From an uncultured Clostridium sp. (GTDB taxonomy: Bacteria > Bacillota > Clostridia > Oscillospirales > CAG-272): a DNA stretch of 63,118 bases. The translations under genes were made by a program, and so were the position numbers. The stretch is from positions 1 through 63,118 of the forward strand of contig CAZGJC010000004.1 in assembly GCA_964526505.1 (NCBI GenBank), written 5' to 3'. Positions 45,598 to 55,574 of this stretch are shown in pieces. Position 1 is the stretch's first letter; the number at the start of each line of letters is the position of its first letter. The notes below the pieces were generated by a model, which searched no databases, was not told the origin of the DNA, and was given only the letters and a program-made list of their open reading frames with translations.

Positions 45598-47826
45598 ATG
45601 TATAATGACGGTACGCTTCATACAGACATAAATCCGTTACTTGAAATGCTTGCCAAGACAGGCAAAAAATACGACACGGAAAAAATCAAAAAAGCCTTCG
45701 AATACGCCGACGCACTTCACAGCGGTCAGTTCAGGGCAAGCGGAGAACCGTATATATCACACCCTGTGGCTGTTGCCGAAATAGTTGCGGGGCTTGAACT
45801 TGATACGGACTCTATATGTGCGGCATTGCTGCACGACACGGTAGAGGACTGCTCCGAAAAGACAAATCTCAAAGAAATAGAAAAATTGTTTGGTAAAGAC
45901 GTGGCAATTCTGGTTGACGGTCTTACAAAACTCGTGACGTTGCAATTTGACGACAAGGACGAGCAGCACATTGAAAATCTCAGAAAAATGTTGCTTGCGA
46001 TGTCAAAGGACGTAAGAGTAATATTTATAAAACTCTGTGACAGGCTTCACAACATGCGTACGCTTGACGCAAAGGGAGAAGCGAAACGCAGAATGACCGC
46101 ACTTGAAACCATGCAAGTTTATGCACCTCTCGCACACCGTCTCGGTATGCAAAAGATAAAGCAGGAACTTGAAAATCTCGGATTACGTTACCTTGACCCT
46201 ATCGGATATGCGGAGGTTAGGGGAGATATTGAAAGCAAATACGGTCAAAACAAGAATTTTATAGAAAGTATTACCAAATCGATATCCGACAAACTCGAAG
46301 AAAACAATATAAAGTTTACTCTTGAAGGCAGAATAAAGACCATATACAGCATTTACAAGAAAATGTACAATCAAAACAAGAGTTTTGATGAAATATACGA
46401 CTTTTATGCCTTACGTATTATTGTTGATACCGAACTTGAATGTTACACCGCTCTGGGAATTATACACGAGATGTTTAATTCCATCCCGGGTAGATTTAAG
46501 GACTATATATCGACGCCGAAACCGAATATGTACCGTTCGCTTCACACGACGGTAATCGGTCGTAACGGTATACCTTTTGAGGTGCAGATAAGAACCTATG
46601 AAATGCACCACATAGCGGAATACGGTATTGCGGCACACTGGAAGTACAAATCGGGTGCGTCCTCGAAAGAAGAGATGGACAAAAAACTCGAATGGATATC
46701 AAAACTTATTGAAGCGGAAGACGATGCACGTGACCCGGATGAGTTTATGAACGCTCTGAAAACCGATATTTTCCACGATGAGGTATTCGTTTTTACGCCC
46801 AAAGGCGATTGCATATCACTTCCTCAGGGAGCGACTATTATTGACTTTGCGTATGCGATACACTCCGCTGTCGGCAACAGAATGATGGGTGCGAAGATAA
46901 ACGGTATGATCGCTCCCATTGACAGGGTTGTCCAAAACGGTGAAATAGTTGAAATAATTACGTCGTCCACGATGAAAGGACCGAAGCGTGACTGGCTTAA
47001 AATTGCCAAGACAAGCGAGGCGAGAGCGAAAATTCGTCAGTGGTTCAAGAAAGAGACGAGAGACGAAAATATTGTTGTCGGTCGTTCTGTTGCGGATGCG
47101 GAATTTAAAAAGTTCTCGGTTCGTCTGTCGGAGCAGAAGAAAAACGATTGTCTTGACGCTATTGCACTGAAACTCGGTTTTACGTGTGCCGACGACTTAT
47201 ACAACGCTTTGGGATACGGCGGAATTTCGGTTCAGAAACTTTCGTCGAAACTAAAAGACGAAGTTGCAAAATACGCAGAGGCGGAGCCGGTTGTACCCGC
47301 AGTGGCGGAAGAGGAGATTGTCAAGACGGTTCCCAAACCGAGGCACCTCAAATTTAACAGCGGTATCATAGTTGACGGAGAGGTCGGCTGTCAGGTCAAG
47401 TTTGCAAAATGTTGCAACCCGTTACCCGGTGACGAGATTATAGGATTCGTAACCAAGGGTTACGGAATTTCGATACACAAAAAAGACTGTCCCAACGTTA
47501 TTGACGGGCAGAAAAACAGTGAAAATTCGGAAAGATGGAAAACTGCGTCGTGGGAAGTACATGACGACACGTCAAGTACAAAGAACGTATACGAGGCACA
47601 CCTGCAACTGTTTACAGAGGACAGAGTAGGTATGCTCGCCGATATTGCCGTGGCTCTGGCTGATATGAAAGTTGCGATTTTGCAGGTCAATTCTCAAAAG
47701 CGTAACGGCGGAAGATGTATTGTAAACGTTAAAATCAGTTGCAAAAACATAGATCACTACAATTCGATTGTGTCACGTTTGAAGTCCCTTGACGGAATTG
47801 AAAACGTTGCACGTGGATATTCTTAA
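45598..47826 (+). CDS. relA: Bifunctional (p)ppGpp synthetase/hydrolase Rel
   Basis: The domains are HD (HPVAVAEI...LLHDTVEDC), synthetase (YRSLHTTV, EVQIRT), TGS, a zinc-finger region (CCNPLPGDEI) and a C-terminal ACT domain. Confidence 0.95.
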   Translation: MYNDGTLHTDINPLLEMLAKTGKKYDTEKIKKAFEYADALHSGQFRASGEPYISHPVAVAEIVAGLELDTDSICAALLHDTVEDCSEKTNLKEIEKLFGKDVAILVDGLTKLVTLQFDDKDEQHIENLRKMLLAMSKDVRVIFIKLCDRLHNMRTLDAKGEAKRRMTALETMQVYAPLAHRLGMQKIKQELENLGLRYLDPIGYAEVRGDIESKYGQNKNFIESITKSISDKLEENNIKFTLEGRIKTIYSIYKKMYNQNKSFDEIYDFYALRIIVDTELECYTALGIIHEMFNSIPGRFKDYISTPKPNMYRSLHTTVIGRNGIPFEVQIRTYEMHHIAEYGIAAHWKYKSGASSKEEMDKKLEWISKLIEAEDDARDPDEFMNALKTDIFHDEVFVFTPKGDCISLPQGATIIDFAYAIHSAVGNRMMGAKINGMIAPIDRVVQNGEIVEIITSSTMKGPKRDWLKIAKTSEARAKIRQWFKKETRDENIVVGRSVADAEFKKFSVRLSEQKKNDCLDAIALKLGFTCADDLYNALGYGGISVQKLSSKLKDEVAKYAEAEPVVPAVAEEEIVKTVPKPRHLKFNSGIIVDGEVGCQVKFAKCCNPLPGDEIIGFVTKGYGISIHKKDCPNVIDGQKNSENSERWKTASWEVHDDTSSTKNVYEAHLQLFTEDRVGMLADIAVALADMKVAILQVNSQKRNGGRCIVNVKISCKNIDHYNSIVSRLKSLDGIENVARGYS

Positions 47827-47844
47827 TTGATATGAGGATTTAAT

Positions 47845-48303
47845 ATGAAGGCGGTAATTCAAAGAGTTTTAAACGCAAGCGTCAAGGTTGACGGTGAAAC
47901 TGTCGGGGCGTGTGAAGAGGGTCTTATGATTCTGCTTGGTGTTGCCTTGGGCGACACGGAAAACGACGCAGAGTTGCTTGCGAAGAAAATATGCAATTTA
48001 CGTATCTTTTCCGATGACGGCGGTAAGATGAATTTATCGGTTAGAGATATTGACGGAGAGGCACTTGTCATTTCTCAGTTTACTTTAATGGCAAATTACA
48101 AGCACGGGAACAGACCCGATTATTTAAACTCGGCACCACCGCAAGAAGCGAACAGGCTTTACGAATATTTTAAATCATTATTGAGTTTGGAACTTAAACA
48201 CGTCGGATGCGGAATTTTTGGAGCACATATGGAAGTGTCGCTCATAAATAACGGACCGGTTACTATTGTTATGGACAGTGAGGTTTTAAAGAAGAAGGCT
48301 TAA
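47845..48303 (+). CDS. dtd: D-aminoacyl-tRNA deacylase
   Basis: MKAVIQRV, SQFTL and NNGPVT. Confidence 0.93.
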   Translation: MKAVIQRVLNASVKVDGETVGACEEGLMILLGVALGDTENDAELLAKKICNLRIFSDDGGKMNLSVRDIDGEALVISQFTLMANYKHGNRPDYLNSAPPQEANRLYEYFKSLLSLELKHVGCGIFGAHMEVSLINNGPVTIVMDSEVLKKKA

Positions 48304-48338
48304 CCGTCTCTGTCCGAAGAAAGGAATTTTACTTTATT

Positions 48339-49832
48339 ATGAAGGTCCATATCAGTGGAAAAGTTAATCAGTATTACGTGCAAATGCTCTGTATGATATT
48401 CTTTCCCGGAGAACATTTTTCGGAAAGTGAAGAGGAACGTGACGACGCACCTGTTCTTGATTTATCCTTGACGGAAGAAGAAAGCGGAGTTCGTGTAAAC
48501 GTCAGACTCTCACACGAAGGCAAGTCGGCAGAGTGCGAAAAATTCAGCGAATACAAAGAGGGAGTTACACTTGACAAACTCAAAAAGGTAGTTATAGGCG
48601 AGGCTATTATCAAGGCGGGCGGAGAGTTACTCGGTTACCGTCCGTCGTGGGGTATGCTTATAGGTGTACGTCCTTCGAAAGTTGCAACCGAAATGCTCAA
48701 AAGCGGTATGCCGAAAACAAGGGTTAAAAAGGCGTTATCGAGCGAATATTTCGTTATTCCGAAGAAGGCGTCTCTTGCAACGGAAGTTGCGATAAACGAA
48801 GCGAAAATAATAGGAACACCCGACAAAAAGGATTGCAGTGTTTACATATCGGTGCCTTTTTGTCCCACCAGATGCGCCTATTGTTCATTTGTTTCTTACA
48901 CGTCTCCGAAACTTTTGGCGACAATTCCCGACTATCTTGTAAGGCTTGAAGTGGAAGTGGTTAAAACTTTTTCACTTATAAAAAAATTAGGTCTTCGTGT
49001 CAAGACTGTTTACATAGGCGGAGGAACACCTACCATACTTGATGAGTCACAACTGGAAAGGTTGCTTCGTGTAGTGGCCGAGAACGTTGACGTATCAAGT
49101 CTTGAAGAGTTTACGCTTGAAGCGGGACGCCCTGACACGATAACGGCGGAAAAGTTCAGAATCGCAAGGGAATACGGTGTAACCCGTGTGAGTGTAAATC
49201 CTCAAATACTTAACGATGACGTACTCAAAAAAATCGGACGAGCCCACAACACCGATGATTTTTTGCGTGCATACGATATGGCAAGGAATTCGGGCATACC
49301 GATAATCAACACGGATATAATCGCAGGATTACCGGGAGACAAATTTTCGACTTTCTCGGCGTCGTTTGACAAACTTTTGCCTCTTCGTCCCGAAAACATT
49401 ACGGTTCATACGTTCAGTGTGAAAAAGGCTTGCGACGCACTCAAACACGACAGCAATATTTTCTCTATGCGTGGCGGTGACGTAGGGAAATGCGTTGACT
49501 ACTCACAGATTAAGTCAAAATTTGCAGGTTACGTTCCGTATTATATGTATAGGCAGAAGAACACCGTGGGAAACTATGAAAACGTAGGATTTGCACTTGA
49601 AGGCACTGAGGGGCTTTACAACATTTATATGATGGAAGAGGTCCATTCGATATTTTCGGCAGGTGCCGGTGCGGTGTCCAAATTTGTCGATTATGCACCG
49701 GAAAACGGAGAAAAGCGAGTTATCGAAAGATTTTTCAATGCGAAGTATCCGTATGAATATCTCGCAAATGACAAAATCGACGAAAAAATTGTCGCCGCAG
49801 AGGAGTTTTACATAAGGCGTGGTCTTGTTTGA
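48339..49832 (+). CDS. HemN/HemZ-like radical SAM protein (oxygen-independent coproporphyrinogen-III oxidase family)
   Basis: 497 aa with a CxxxCxxC motif (CPTRCAYCSF) and GGGTPT. The long N-terminal extension is typical of HemZ-type proteins. Confidence 0.65.
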   Translation: MKVHISGKVNQYYVQMLCMIFFPGEHFSESEEERDDAPVLDLSLTEEESGVRVNVRLSHEGKSAECEKFSEYKEGVTLDKLKKVVIGEAIIKAGGELLGYRPSWGMLIGVRPSKVATEMLKSGMPKTRVKKALSSEYFVIPKKASLATEVAINEAKIIGTPDKKDCSVYISVPFCPTRCAYCSFVSYTSPKLLATIPDYLVRLEVEVVKTFSLIKKLGLRVKTVYIGGGTPTILDESQLERLLRVVAENVDVSSLEEFTLEAGRPDTITAEKFRIAREYGVTRVSVNPQILNDDVLKKIGRAHNTDDFLRAYDMARNSGIPIINTDIIAGLPGDKFSTFSASFDKLLPLRPENITVHTFSVKKACDALKHDSNIFSMRGGDVGKCVDYSQIKSKFAGYVPYYMYRQKNTVGNYENVGFALEGTEGLYNIYMMEEVHSIFSAGAGAVSKFVDYAPENGEKRVIERFFNAKYPYEYLANDKIDEKIVAAEEFYIRRGLV

Positions 49833-49895
49833 TATATCTCAAATACGTACATTAAAGTCAAATGCACGCCATGCGTTTATAATTTCGGAGGGGTA

Positions 49896-50792
49896 ATGAA
49901 TACGTTTTACAAAACGGGGTATGAAAAAATAGACGGTGAATTCGTTCGCAGGTGTGACTATGAGTTTGACGAAAAGTTGAACGACACGGTTGCACGTGTG
50001 TGCGGTGTAAACGGCATGGGAATTATGGGAATTACAGGTCCGTCGTGTTCGGGAAAAACCACGCTGGCAAAAAAGGTAATAGATTACTACAAGCAACATA
50101 ATACCAAAGTACACGTTATTTCGTTGGATGATTTTTTCAAAGATCAATTTTCAAAGGACGATTACATTGACCCGAAAACCGTGGATTTCGATTCGCCTGA
50201 CACATTCGATACCGAAGAGTTCTATTCTTTCATTGACGGTTTGTTTCGCAGAGGAGTCGGAGAAAAGCCGATTTTCGAATTCGGCAGCGGTGACAGGTCA
50301 CGAAGAGAGTGTGTGGTTTACAACGAGGGTGACGTGTGTCTTTTTGAGGGTATACAACTGTTATATCCGCAGGTGGACGAACTTTTCGTTAAAATGAGCG
50401 GAAAGAGAATTTTTATATGTCCCGAAAGCGGTATAAAGGTTGGCGACGTTGCCGTGTCTGGCAAAAAAATAAGGCTTATGCGTCGTCTTGTAAGAGATTG
50501 CAATTTCCGTGCGTCAGATCCGATTTTTACGCTTGATTTATGGTCGGGAGTTCGGAAAAACGAGGATTTGAACATTTTCCCGTATATCGACAGATGTGAC
50601 GCAAAAATAGATACGACACAGGCATATGAATTGAATATTTTAAAGCCTTATATACTCAAAATCGTGCAGAGTATATCTGACGATTCCGAACATTCGGATT
50701 TTAAAGCGGAAATAAACGAATTGACGTCGAAAATAGACAGCATATCAAGAGACGTGCTTGACAAAAATTCACTTTACAATGAGTTTGTATAA
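49896..50792 (+). CDS. Uridine kinase / PRK-fold nucleoside kinase-like protein
   Basis: P-loop GITGPSCSGKTTLAKK after a ~35-aa N-terminal extension, then ISLDDFF. Confidence 0.5.
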   Translation: MNTFYKTGYEKIDGEFVRRCDYEFDEKLNDTVARVCGVNGMGIMGITGPSCSGKTTLAKKVIDYYKQHNTKVHVISLDDFFKDQFSKDDYIDPKTVDFDSPDTFDTEEFYSFIDGLFRRGVGEKPIFEFGSGDRSRRECVVYNEGDVCLFEGIQLLYPQVDELFVKMSGKRIFICPESGIKVGDVAVSGKKIRLMRRLVRDCNFRASDPIFTLDLWSGVRKNEDLNIFPYIDRCDAKIDTTQAYELNILKPYILKIVQSISDDSEHSDFKAEINELTSKIDSISRDVLDKNSLYNEFV

Positions 50793-50826
50793 AACAATAC
50801 AATAAATCTTAATCTCGGAGGAAAAG

Positions 50827-52116
50827 ATGAAAATACTTTTTAAAAACGTGCATCTTACCGAATCGTACGGTTACGGAAAAGAGTGCGTATACGTACAGAT
50901 AAATGACAGTTTGATTGAATATATAGGAAAAGAAGAGCCAAACGGCGAATTTGACAGGGTAATTGACGGCAAAGGCAACTTACTTGCACCTGCCTTTTAC
51001 AATGCACACTGTCACAGTGCGATGACGCTTTTCAGAGGTTACGGCGACGATCTTCCTCTTAGAGAGTGGCTTGACACAAAAATTCTTCCTGCGGAAGAAT
51101 TACTTGATGAAAACAGGGTTTACTACGGTTCTATGATGGCTATTGCCGAAATGATAAAGAACGGTGTGGTATCTTTCTCGGATATGTACTTCTTCTTAGA
51201 CTCCACTGCAAAAGCCGTCGGTCAGACCGGAGTTAAGGCTAATATTGCAAGGTCGGTCGTTTCGTTTGACCCTGATCTTGACGTGAAAAACGACACGAGA
51301 ATACTCGAAGGTGTTGACGCTTATAACAAATGGCACAATACGTTTGACGGAAGGCTTAAAGTCGATATGTCGGTTCATGCGGAATATTCAAACGTGGAAA
51401 AATGCTGTCGATATATCGGTGAACTTGCCAAGGATTTGGGTACGGGCGTTCAACTGCATCTGTCCGAAACTCGGAGCGAACACGAAAAGTGTATATCCGA
51501 GAGAGGTATGACTCCCACCGAGTTTTTTGAGCATACGGGAATATTCGACTCTCCCACAACCGCCGCTCACTGCGTCTGGGTGAGTGACAGTGATATTGAA
51601 ATACTTGCAAAGCACAACGTAAGCGTTGCACACAATCCCGTAAGCAATTTGAAACTCGCAAGCGGAATTATGCCGTACAACAAGATGAAAAATGCAGGTG
51701 TGAATATAGCCCTCGGAAGTGACGGGGTTGCATCCAACAATCAACTCGGCGTTTTGCGTGAAATGCAATATGCTTCGCTTATACACAAAGGAAACACGTA
51801 CAATGCGTCCGCAACTTGTGCGTCAGATATGATAAAATGTGCAACTGAGAACGGTGCCAAAGCACAGGGAAGATATGACTGCGGAAAACTTGAAGTCGGA
51901 TGCAGAGCGGACCTTATTTTGGTAAATATGAATTCTCTTAACAACATACCCGTATTTAATTACGATTCGGCGTTGTGTTATAGTGCAACAGAGTCGGATA
52001 TACTTATGACCGTATGCGACGGAAGAATACTTTACGAGAACGGAGAATATACTACAATTGATATAGAAAAACTTGTGTTTGAATCGAAAGAGGTTTTTGC
52101 ACACTATTTTGATTGA
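50827..52116 (+). CDS. mtaD: Amidohydrolase, 5-methylthioadenosine/S-adenosylhomocysteine deaminase-like
   Basis: N-terminal HCHSAMTLFRGYGDDLPLREWL, then HLSET, and GSDG near the C-terminal metal site. Confidence 0.75.
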   Translation: MKILFKNVHLTESYGYGKECVYVQINDSLIEYIGKEEPNGEFDRVIDGKGNLLAPAFYNAHCHSAMTLFRGYGDDLPLREWLDTKILPAEELLDENRVYYGSMMAIAEMIKNGVVSFSDMYFFLDSTAKAVGQTGVKANIARSVVSFDPDLDVKNDTRILEGVDAYNKWHNTFDGRLKVDMSVHAEYSNVEKCCRYIGELAKDLGTGVQLHLSETRSEHEKCISERGMTPTEFFEHTGIFDSPTTAAHCVWVSDSDIEILAKHNVSVAHNPVSNLKLASGIMPYNKMKNAGVNIALGSDGVASNNQLGVLREMQYASLIHKGNTYNASATCASDMIKCATENGAKAQGRYDCGKLEVGCRADLILVNMNSLNNIPVFNYDSALCYSATESDILMTVCDGRILYENGEYTTIDIEKLVFESKEVFAHYFD

Positions 52117-52128
52117 GAGGTGTAATTC

Positions 52129-53733
52129 TTGGCAAGCGGAAAAATTGATGTCGGTGGCGGCTCGGGCAGTGAAAGATTTATAAGCGGTGTTTACACACTG
52201 ACGCTTTCAACCGTTATTGTCAAGATTATCGGTCTTATATATAAAATTCCTATGCTTGCGTTACTCGGAGACACAGGCATGGGATATTTCAATTCCGCAT
52301 ATGAGATATACGCTTTGTTCTGTACTGTCGCAACATCGGGGCTTCCCGTTGCAACTTCTCTTATGATATCTTCCACAAAAAGCGTGGCAAAGAGAAAAAA
52401 GATATTCAGAACTTCGTATCTTACCGTTTTTACAATCGGTATTATATGTGCGGTGTTGATTTTGGGACTCGCTTACCCTTTCTCGGTATTTCTTAAAAGT
52501 CCGAAAACGTACTATTCGATTTTGGGTGTTGCACCTGCTATATTTTTTATATGTTTGTCAAGTGCCGTGCGAGGATATTTTCAAGGAACTTCGAGAATGT
52601 TGCCTACTGCCGTGTCGCAGGTCATAGAGGCATCTGGAAAACTGATTTTCGGCTTGATTTTTGCGACACTCGGAATAAAATGGGGATTTGACTTACCTCA
52701 AATATCCGGCATGGCGGTTATGGGGCTTGCAGTTGCCGAGGCAATATCCGCAGTTTATCTTTTCTCTTTACGCCGACGAGATGAGTTATATTCCCAAGGA
52801 TATGACGTGCAAGACGCCGGAAAAGAAAAGATATTCGGCAAACTTATGAAAACGACGTTGCCTATTACGTTTTCTTCGTCCATACTCAGTGTGGTAAGGC
52901 TTATTGATATGACTCTCATTTTCAGGAGACTCGGATCCTCGGGTGTGGGTGCCGATGCAATAAATTCCATGTACGGAAGTTATACTACGCTTGCAATTCC
53001 ACTTTTCAGTCTTGCCCCGGCACTTGTGAGCGGAGTTGCACTGCCGATAATTCCGGAGATTTCGTCTGCACGTGCCATGGGCGACGAAGCATTACAAAAC
53101 GACACGGCGACAAAGGCGTTTAAGTTGACCGCTCTCATCTCGGCACCGATAGGTGCGGGGCTTGCGTTGTATTCAAAACAAATATTGAGTTTGATTTTTT
53201 CGGGAGCGAAGGAATCGGTGGCTTTTGCGTCTCCGCTTTTGGCGTTGCTTGGTTTGTCGGTTATTGAGTCCTGCTTTATCACGGTTCAAAATGCTATTTT
53301 GCAAGCGTATGAAAAATCGCATCTGCCACTGATATCAATGCTTATCGGTTCGCTTTTTAAAATAGTTATTTGTTATATTCTTTTGGGAAATTTGAGTATT
53401 AACGTATATGCGATACCTATCGGCACATTTGTTTGCGATTTTTGCATAAGCGTGCTTAATTTTGCTTTTTTGTCAAGATATTCAACGTTAAAATTCAAGT
53501 TTTCGGAAATTTTAATCAAGCCTTATTTGTGTGGAATATTTGCTTGCGGAATATCGCTTATTATTACAAATTTGGCGTTGGTCGGTATTACAAGCGAAAA
53601 AATAAGGACGGTTTTATCTGTTTGCTTGGCGGCGATATTGTATTTTATTTTGCTTATATCTACGAAAATGATAAGAAAAACCGACAAAGATGTCTTGCTT
53701 TTGAGAGTGAGAGCGAAAGAAAACCGATTTTGA
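52129..53733 (+). CDS. MOP-superfamily polysaccharide/lipid II flippase (SpoVB/YabM/MurJ-like)
   Basis: 534 aa with about 14 TM segments and a TTG start after GAGAGG. Its position upstream of mazG-...-yabP-yabQ-divIC mirrors B. subtilis yabM. Confidence 0.65.
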   Translation: MASGKIDVGGGSGSERFISGVYTLTLSTVIVKIIGLIYKIPMLALLGDTGMGYFNSAYEIYALFCTVATSGLPVATSLMISSTKSVAKRKKIFRTSYLTVFTIGIICAVLILGLAYPFSVFLKSPKTYYSILGVAPAIFFICLSSAVRGYFQGTSRMLPTAVSQVIEASGKLIFGLIFATLGIKWGFDLPQISGMAVMGLAVAEAISAVYLFSLRRRDELYSQGYDVQDAGKEKIFGKLMKTTLPITFSSSILSVVRLIDMTLIFRRLGSSGVGADAINSMYGSYTTLAIPLFSLAPALVSGVALPIIPEISSARAMGDEALQNDTATKAFKLTALISAPIGAGLALYSKQILSLIFSGAKESVAFASPLLALLGLSVIESCFITVQNAILQAYEKSHLPLISMLIGSLFKIVICYILLGNLSINVYAIPIGTFVCDFCISVLNFAFLSRYSTLKFKFSEILIKPYLCGIFACGISLIITNLALVGITSEKIRTVLSVCLAAILYFILLISTKMIRKTDKDVLLLRVRAKENRF

Positions 53734-53781
53734 AAATTTACGTGTGATTTTTTGCACGATTTATCCGAAAGGAAGTAAAAT

Positions 53782-54591
53782 ATGAATACACAGGAAATAA
53801 TAAGTAAGAAAAAGGAACTTGTATCGAAGAGCGAATACACTTTCGATGACCTTGTGAGTATTGTTGAACTGTTGAGGAGTGAGGGCGGTTGTCCGTGGGA
53901 TATGGAGCAGACCCACAAGAGCATAAGAAACGATTTTATAGAAGAGACATATGAGGTTATCGAAGCGATAGACACGGATAATCCCGTTCTTTTGCGTGAA
54001 GAACTCGGAGACGTTCTCCTGCAAGTGGTATTTCACGCTCGTGTTGCGGACGAAGAAAATCAATTTGACATCGGAGGTGTCGCAAACGACATATGCGTAA
54101 AACTCATACACCGTCATCCGCACGTTTTCGGAAATCTTGAAGTGGGCGGAAGTGAGGAGGTACTCAAAAATTGGGAGCAAATAAAGAACGTTGAAAAAAG
54201 CAGGGAAACACTTACCGACAAACTCGTTGCGATACCTCCCATGCTCCCGGCACTTATAAGAGCCCAAAAGGTAGGAAAGAAAGCAAGTTTCTTTGATTTT
54301 GAAAATATTGATGACGTATACGACAAGTTATACGAAGAGATTGACGAAGTTAAAGATGCATCGGCAAACGGAACGCATGCCGACGTGGAAGAGGAACTCG
54401 GTGACCTTTTACTTACGGTGACAAGTCTTGCGAGAAAACTCGGTGTGAACTCCGAAGAGGCGTTATACAAAGCGACGAACAAGTTCATAAATCGTTTCCA
54501 AAAAGTTGAAGAAGTTGTTGCGTCACAAGGGAAAAATGTGGAAAAAATGAGTATGGTCGAACTTGATGAGGTTTGGAACGGCATAAAATGA
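53782..54591 (+). CDS. mazG: MazG nucleoside triphosphate pyrophosphohydrolase (tandem MazG domains)
   Basis: CPWDMEQTHKSIRNDFIEETYEV and EELGDVLLQV, with the second copy reading EELGDLLLTV. Confidence 0.9.
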   Translation: MNTQEIISKKKELVSKSEYTFDDLVSIVELLRSEGGCPWDMEQTHKSIRNDFIEETYEVIEAIDTDNPVLLREELGDVLLQVVFHARVADEENQFDIGGVANDICVKLIHRHPHVFGNLEVGGSEEVLKNWEQIKNVEKSRETLTDKLVAIPPMLPALIRAQKVGKKASFFDFENIDDVYDKLYEEIDEVKDASANGTHADVEEELGDLLLTVTSLARKLGVNSEEALYKATNKFINRFQKVEEVVASQGKNVEKMSMVELDEVWNGIK

Positions 54592-54664
54592 TAAACGCCG
54601 ACACTTTTTGTCAAAATGTTTTGTAAAAAATGTAATAATTTGCAAAAAAATTAGTACCAAACTA

Positions 54665-54693
54665 TTGAAATACTATAAAAAATATGCTATAAT
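54665..54693 (+). promoter_or_regulatory. Strong sigma-A promoter upstream of hup
   Basis: TTGAAA, 17 nt, TATAAT, with an A/T-rich upstream region. Confidence 0.6.
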
Positions 54694-54730
54694 AAATCCA
54701 CCAAAATAAAAACAAGGAAGGTATTTTACC

Positions 54731-55006
54731 ATGAATAAGTTACAACTCACAGAAGCAGTTGCTGCAAAGGCTGAAATTTCCAAAAAGGCAGCCGCAGAGG
54801 CAGTTTCCGCAGTTCTTGACGTTATCGCTGACGCACTCGCATCCGGCGACGATATTAAGATTACCGGCTTTGGTTCTTTCGAAATCAAGGAGCGTGCGGC
54901 AAGAGAGGGTAGAAATCCCAAGACCGGCGAACCTGTTCAAATTCCTGCATCTAAGTACGTTTCTTTCAGTGCCGGAAGCACTCTCAAAGAGAAAGTTAAT
55001 GGATGA
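54731..55006 (+). CDS. hup: DNA-binding protein HU
   Basis: 91 aa with ITGFGSFEIKERAAREGRNPKTGEPVQIPA. Confidence 0.95.
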   Translation: MNKLQLTEAVAAKAEISKKAAAEAVSAVLDVIADALASGDDIKITGFGSFEIKERAAREGRNPKTGEPVQIPASKYVSFSAGSTLKEKVNG

Positions 55007-55248
55007 GACTGGACAAATACCTCAAAGTTTCAAGAATAATTAAACGCAGAACGGTTGCAAACGAGGCGTGTGACGCCGAACACGTGACTGTTAACGGCAG
55101 ACCTGCAAAAGCGTCGTATGACGTAAAGCAGGGGGATATAATCGAAATCAGTTTCGGTCAGCGAAGCCTCAAAGTGAGGGTGCTTGACGTCAAAGATTTT
55201 ACTGCCAAAGCCGAAGCGTCATCGCTTTATGAAGTCTTGAATAATTGA
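55003..55248 (+). CDS. yabO: S4-domain RNA-binding protein (YabO/Hsp15-like)
   Basis: 81 aa with MRLDKYLKVSRIIKRRTVA. It overlaps the hup stop with ATGA. Confidence 0.8.
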   Translation: MRLDKYLKVSRIIKRRTVANEACDAEHVTVNGRPAKASYDVKQGDIIEISFGQRSLKVRVLDVKDFTAKAEASSLYEVLNN

Positions 55249-55254
55249 ATAAAT

Positions 55255-55296
55255 CTCCGCATATAATGTAAAAACATTACGTGCGGAGGTTTTTTT
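55255..55296 (+). terminator. Terminator-like hairpin plus T7 directly abutting the yabP start codon
   Basis: CTCCGCA (55255-55261) pairs with TGCGGAG (55282-55288), and there is an inner TAATG/CATTA helix. T7 occupies 55290-55296. The GGAGG at 55285-55289 is the yabP SD. Confidence 0.6.
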
Positions 55297-55563
55297 ATGG
55301 CTGAGGGTTCATCTCATACGGTTTTTTCGGAAAACAGAGAAAATATAAAGTTGTGTGGTGTTGTGGAAGTGGTAAGTTTTGATGACCGTGAAATATCGCT
55401 CAAAACAATTTGCGGAGATATGATTGTGGAGGGCGAAAATTTACACGTAGGTATATTAAACGTTGACGATGGCATTATTGAGGTTGGAGGCAAGATAGAC
55501 GGTATTTATTATTTTGACGAGGCACCGACGCAAAAGAAAAAGTTATTCGGTAAAAACAGGTAA
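55297..55563 (+). CDS. yabP: Sporulation protein YabP
   Basis: 88 aa with NIKLCGVVEVVSFDDREISLKT and GENLHV. It is followed by yabQ. Confidence 0.85.
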   Translation: MAEGSSHTVFSENRENIKLCGVVEVVSFDDREISLKTICGDMIVEGENLHVGILNVDDGIIEVGGKIDGIYYFDEAPTQKKKLFGKNR

Positions 55564-55574
55564 AGTCAAATATT

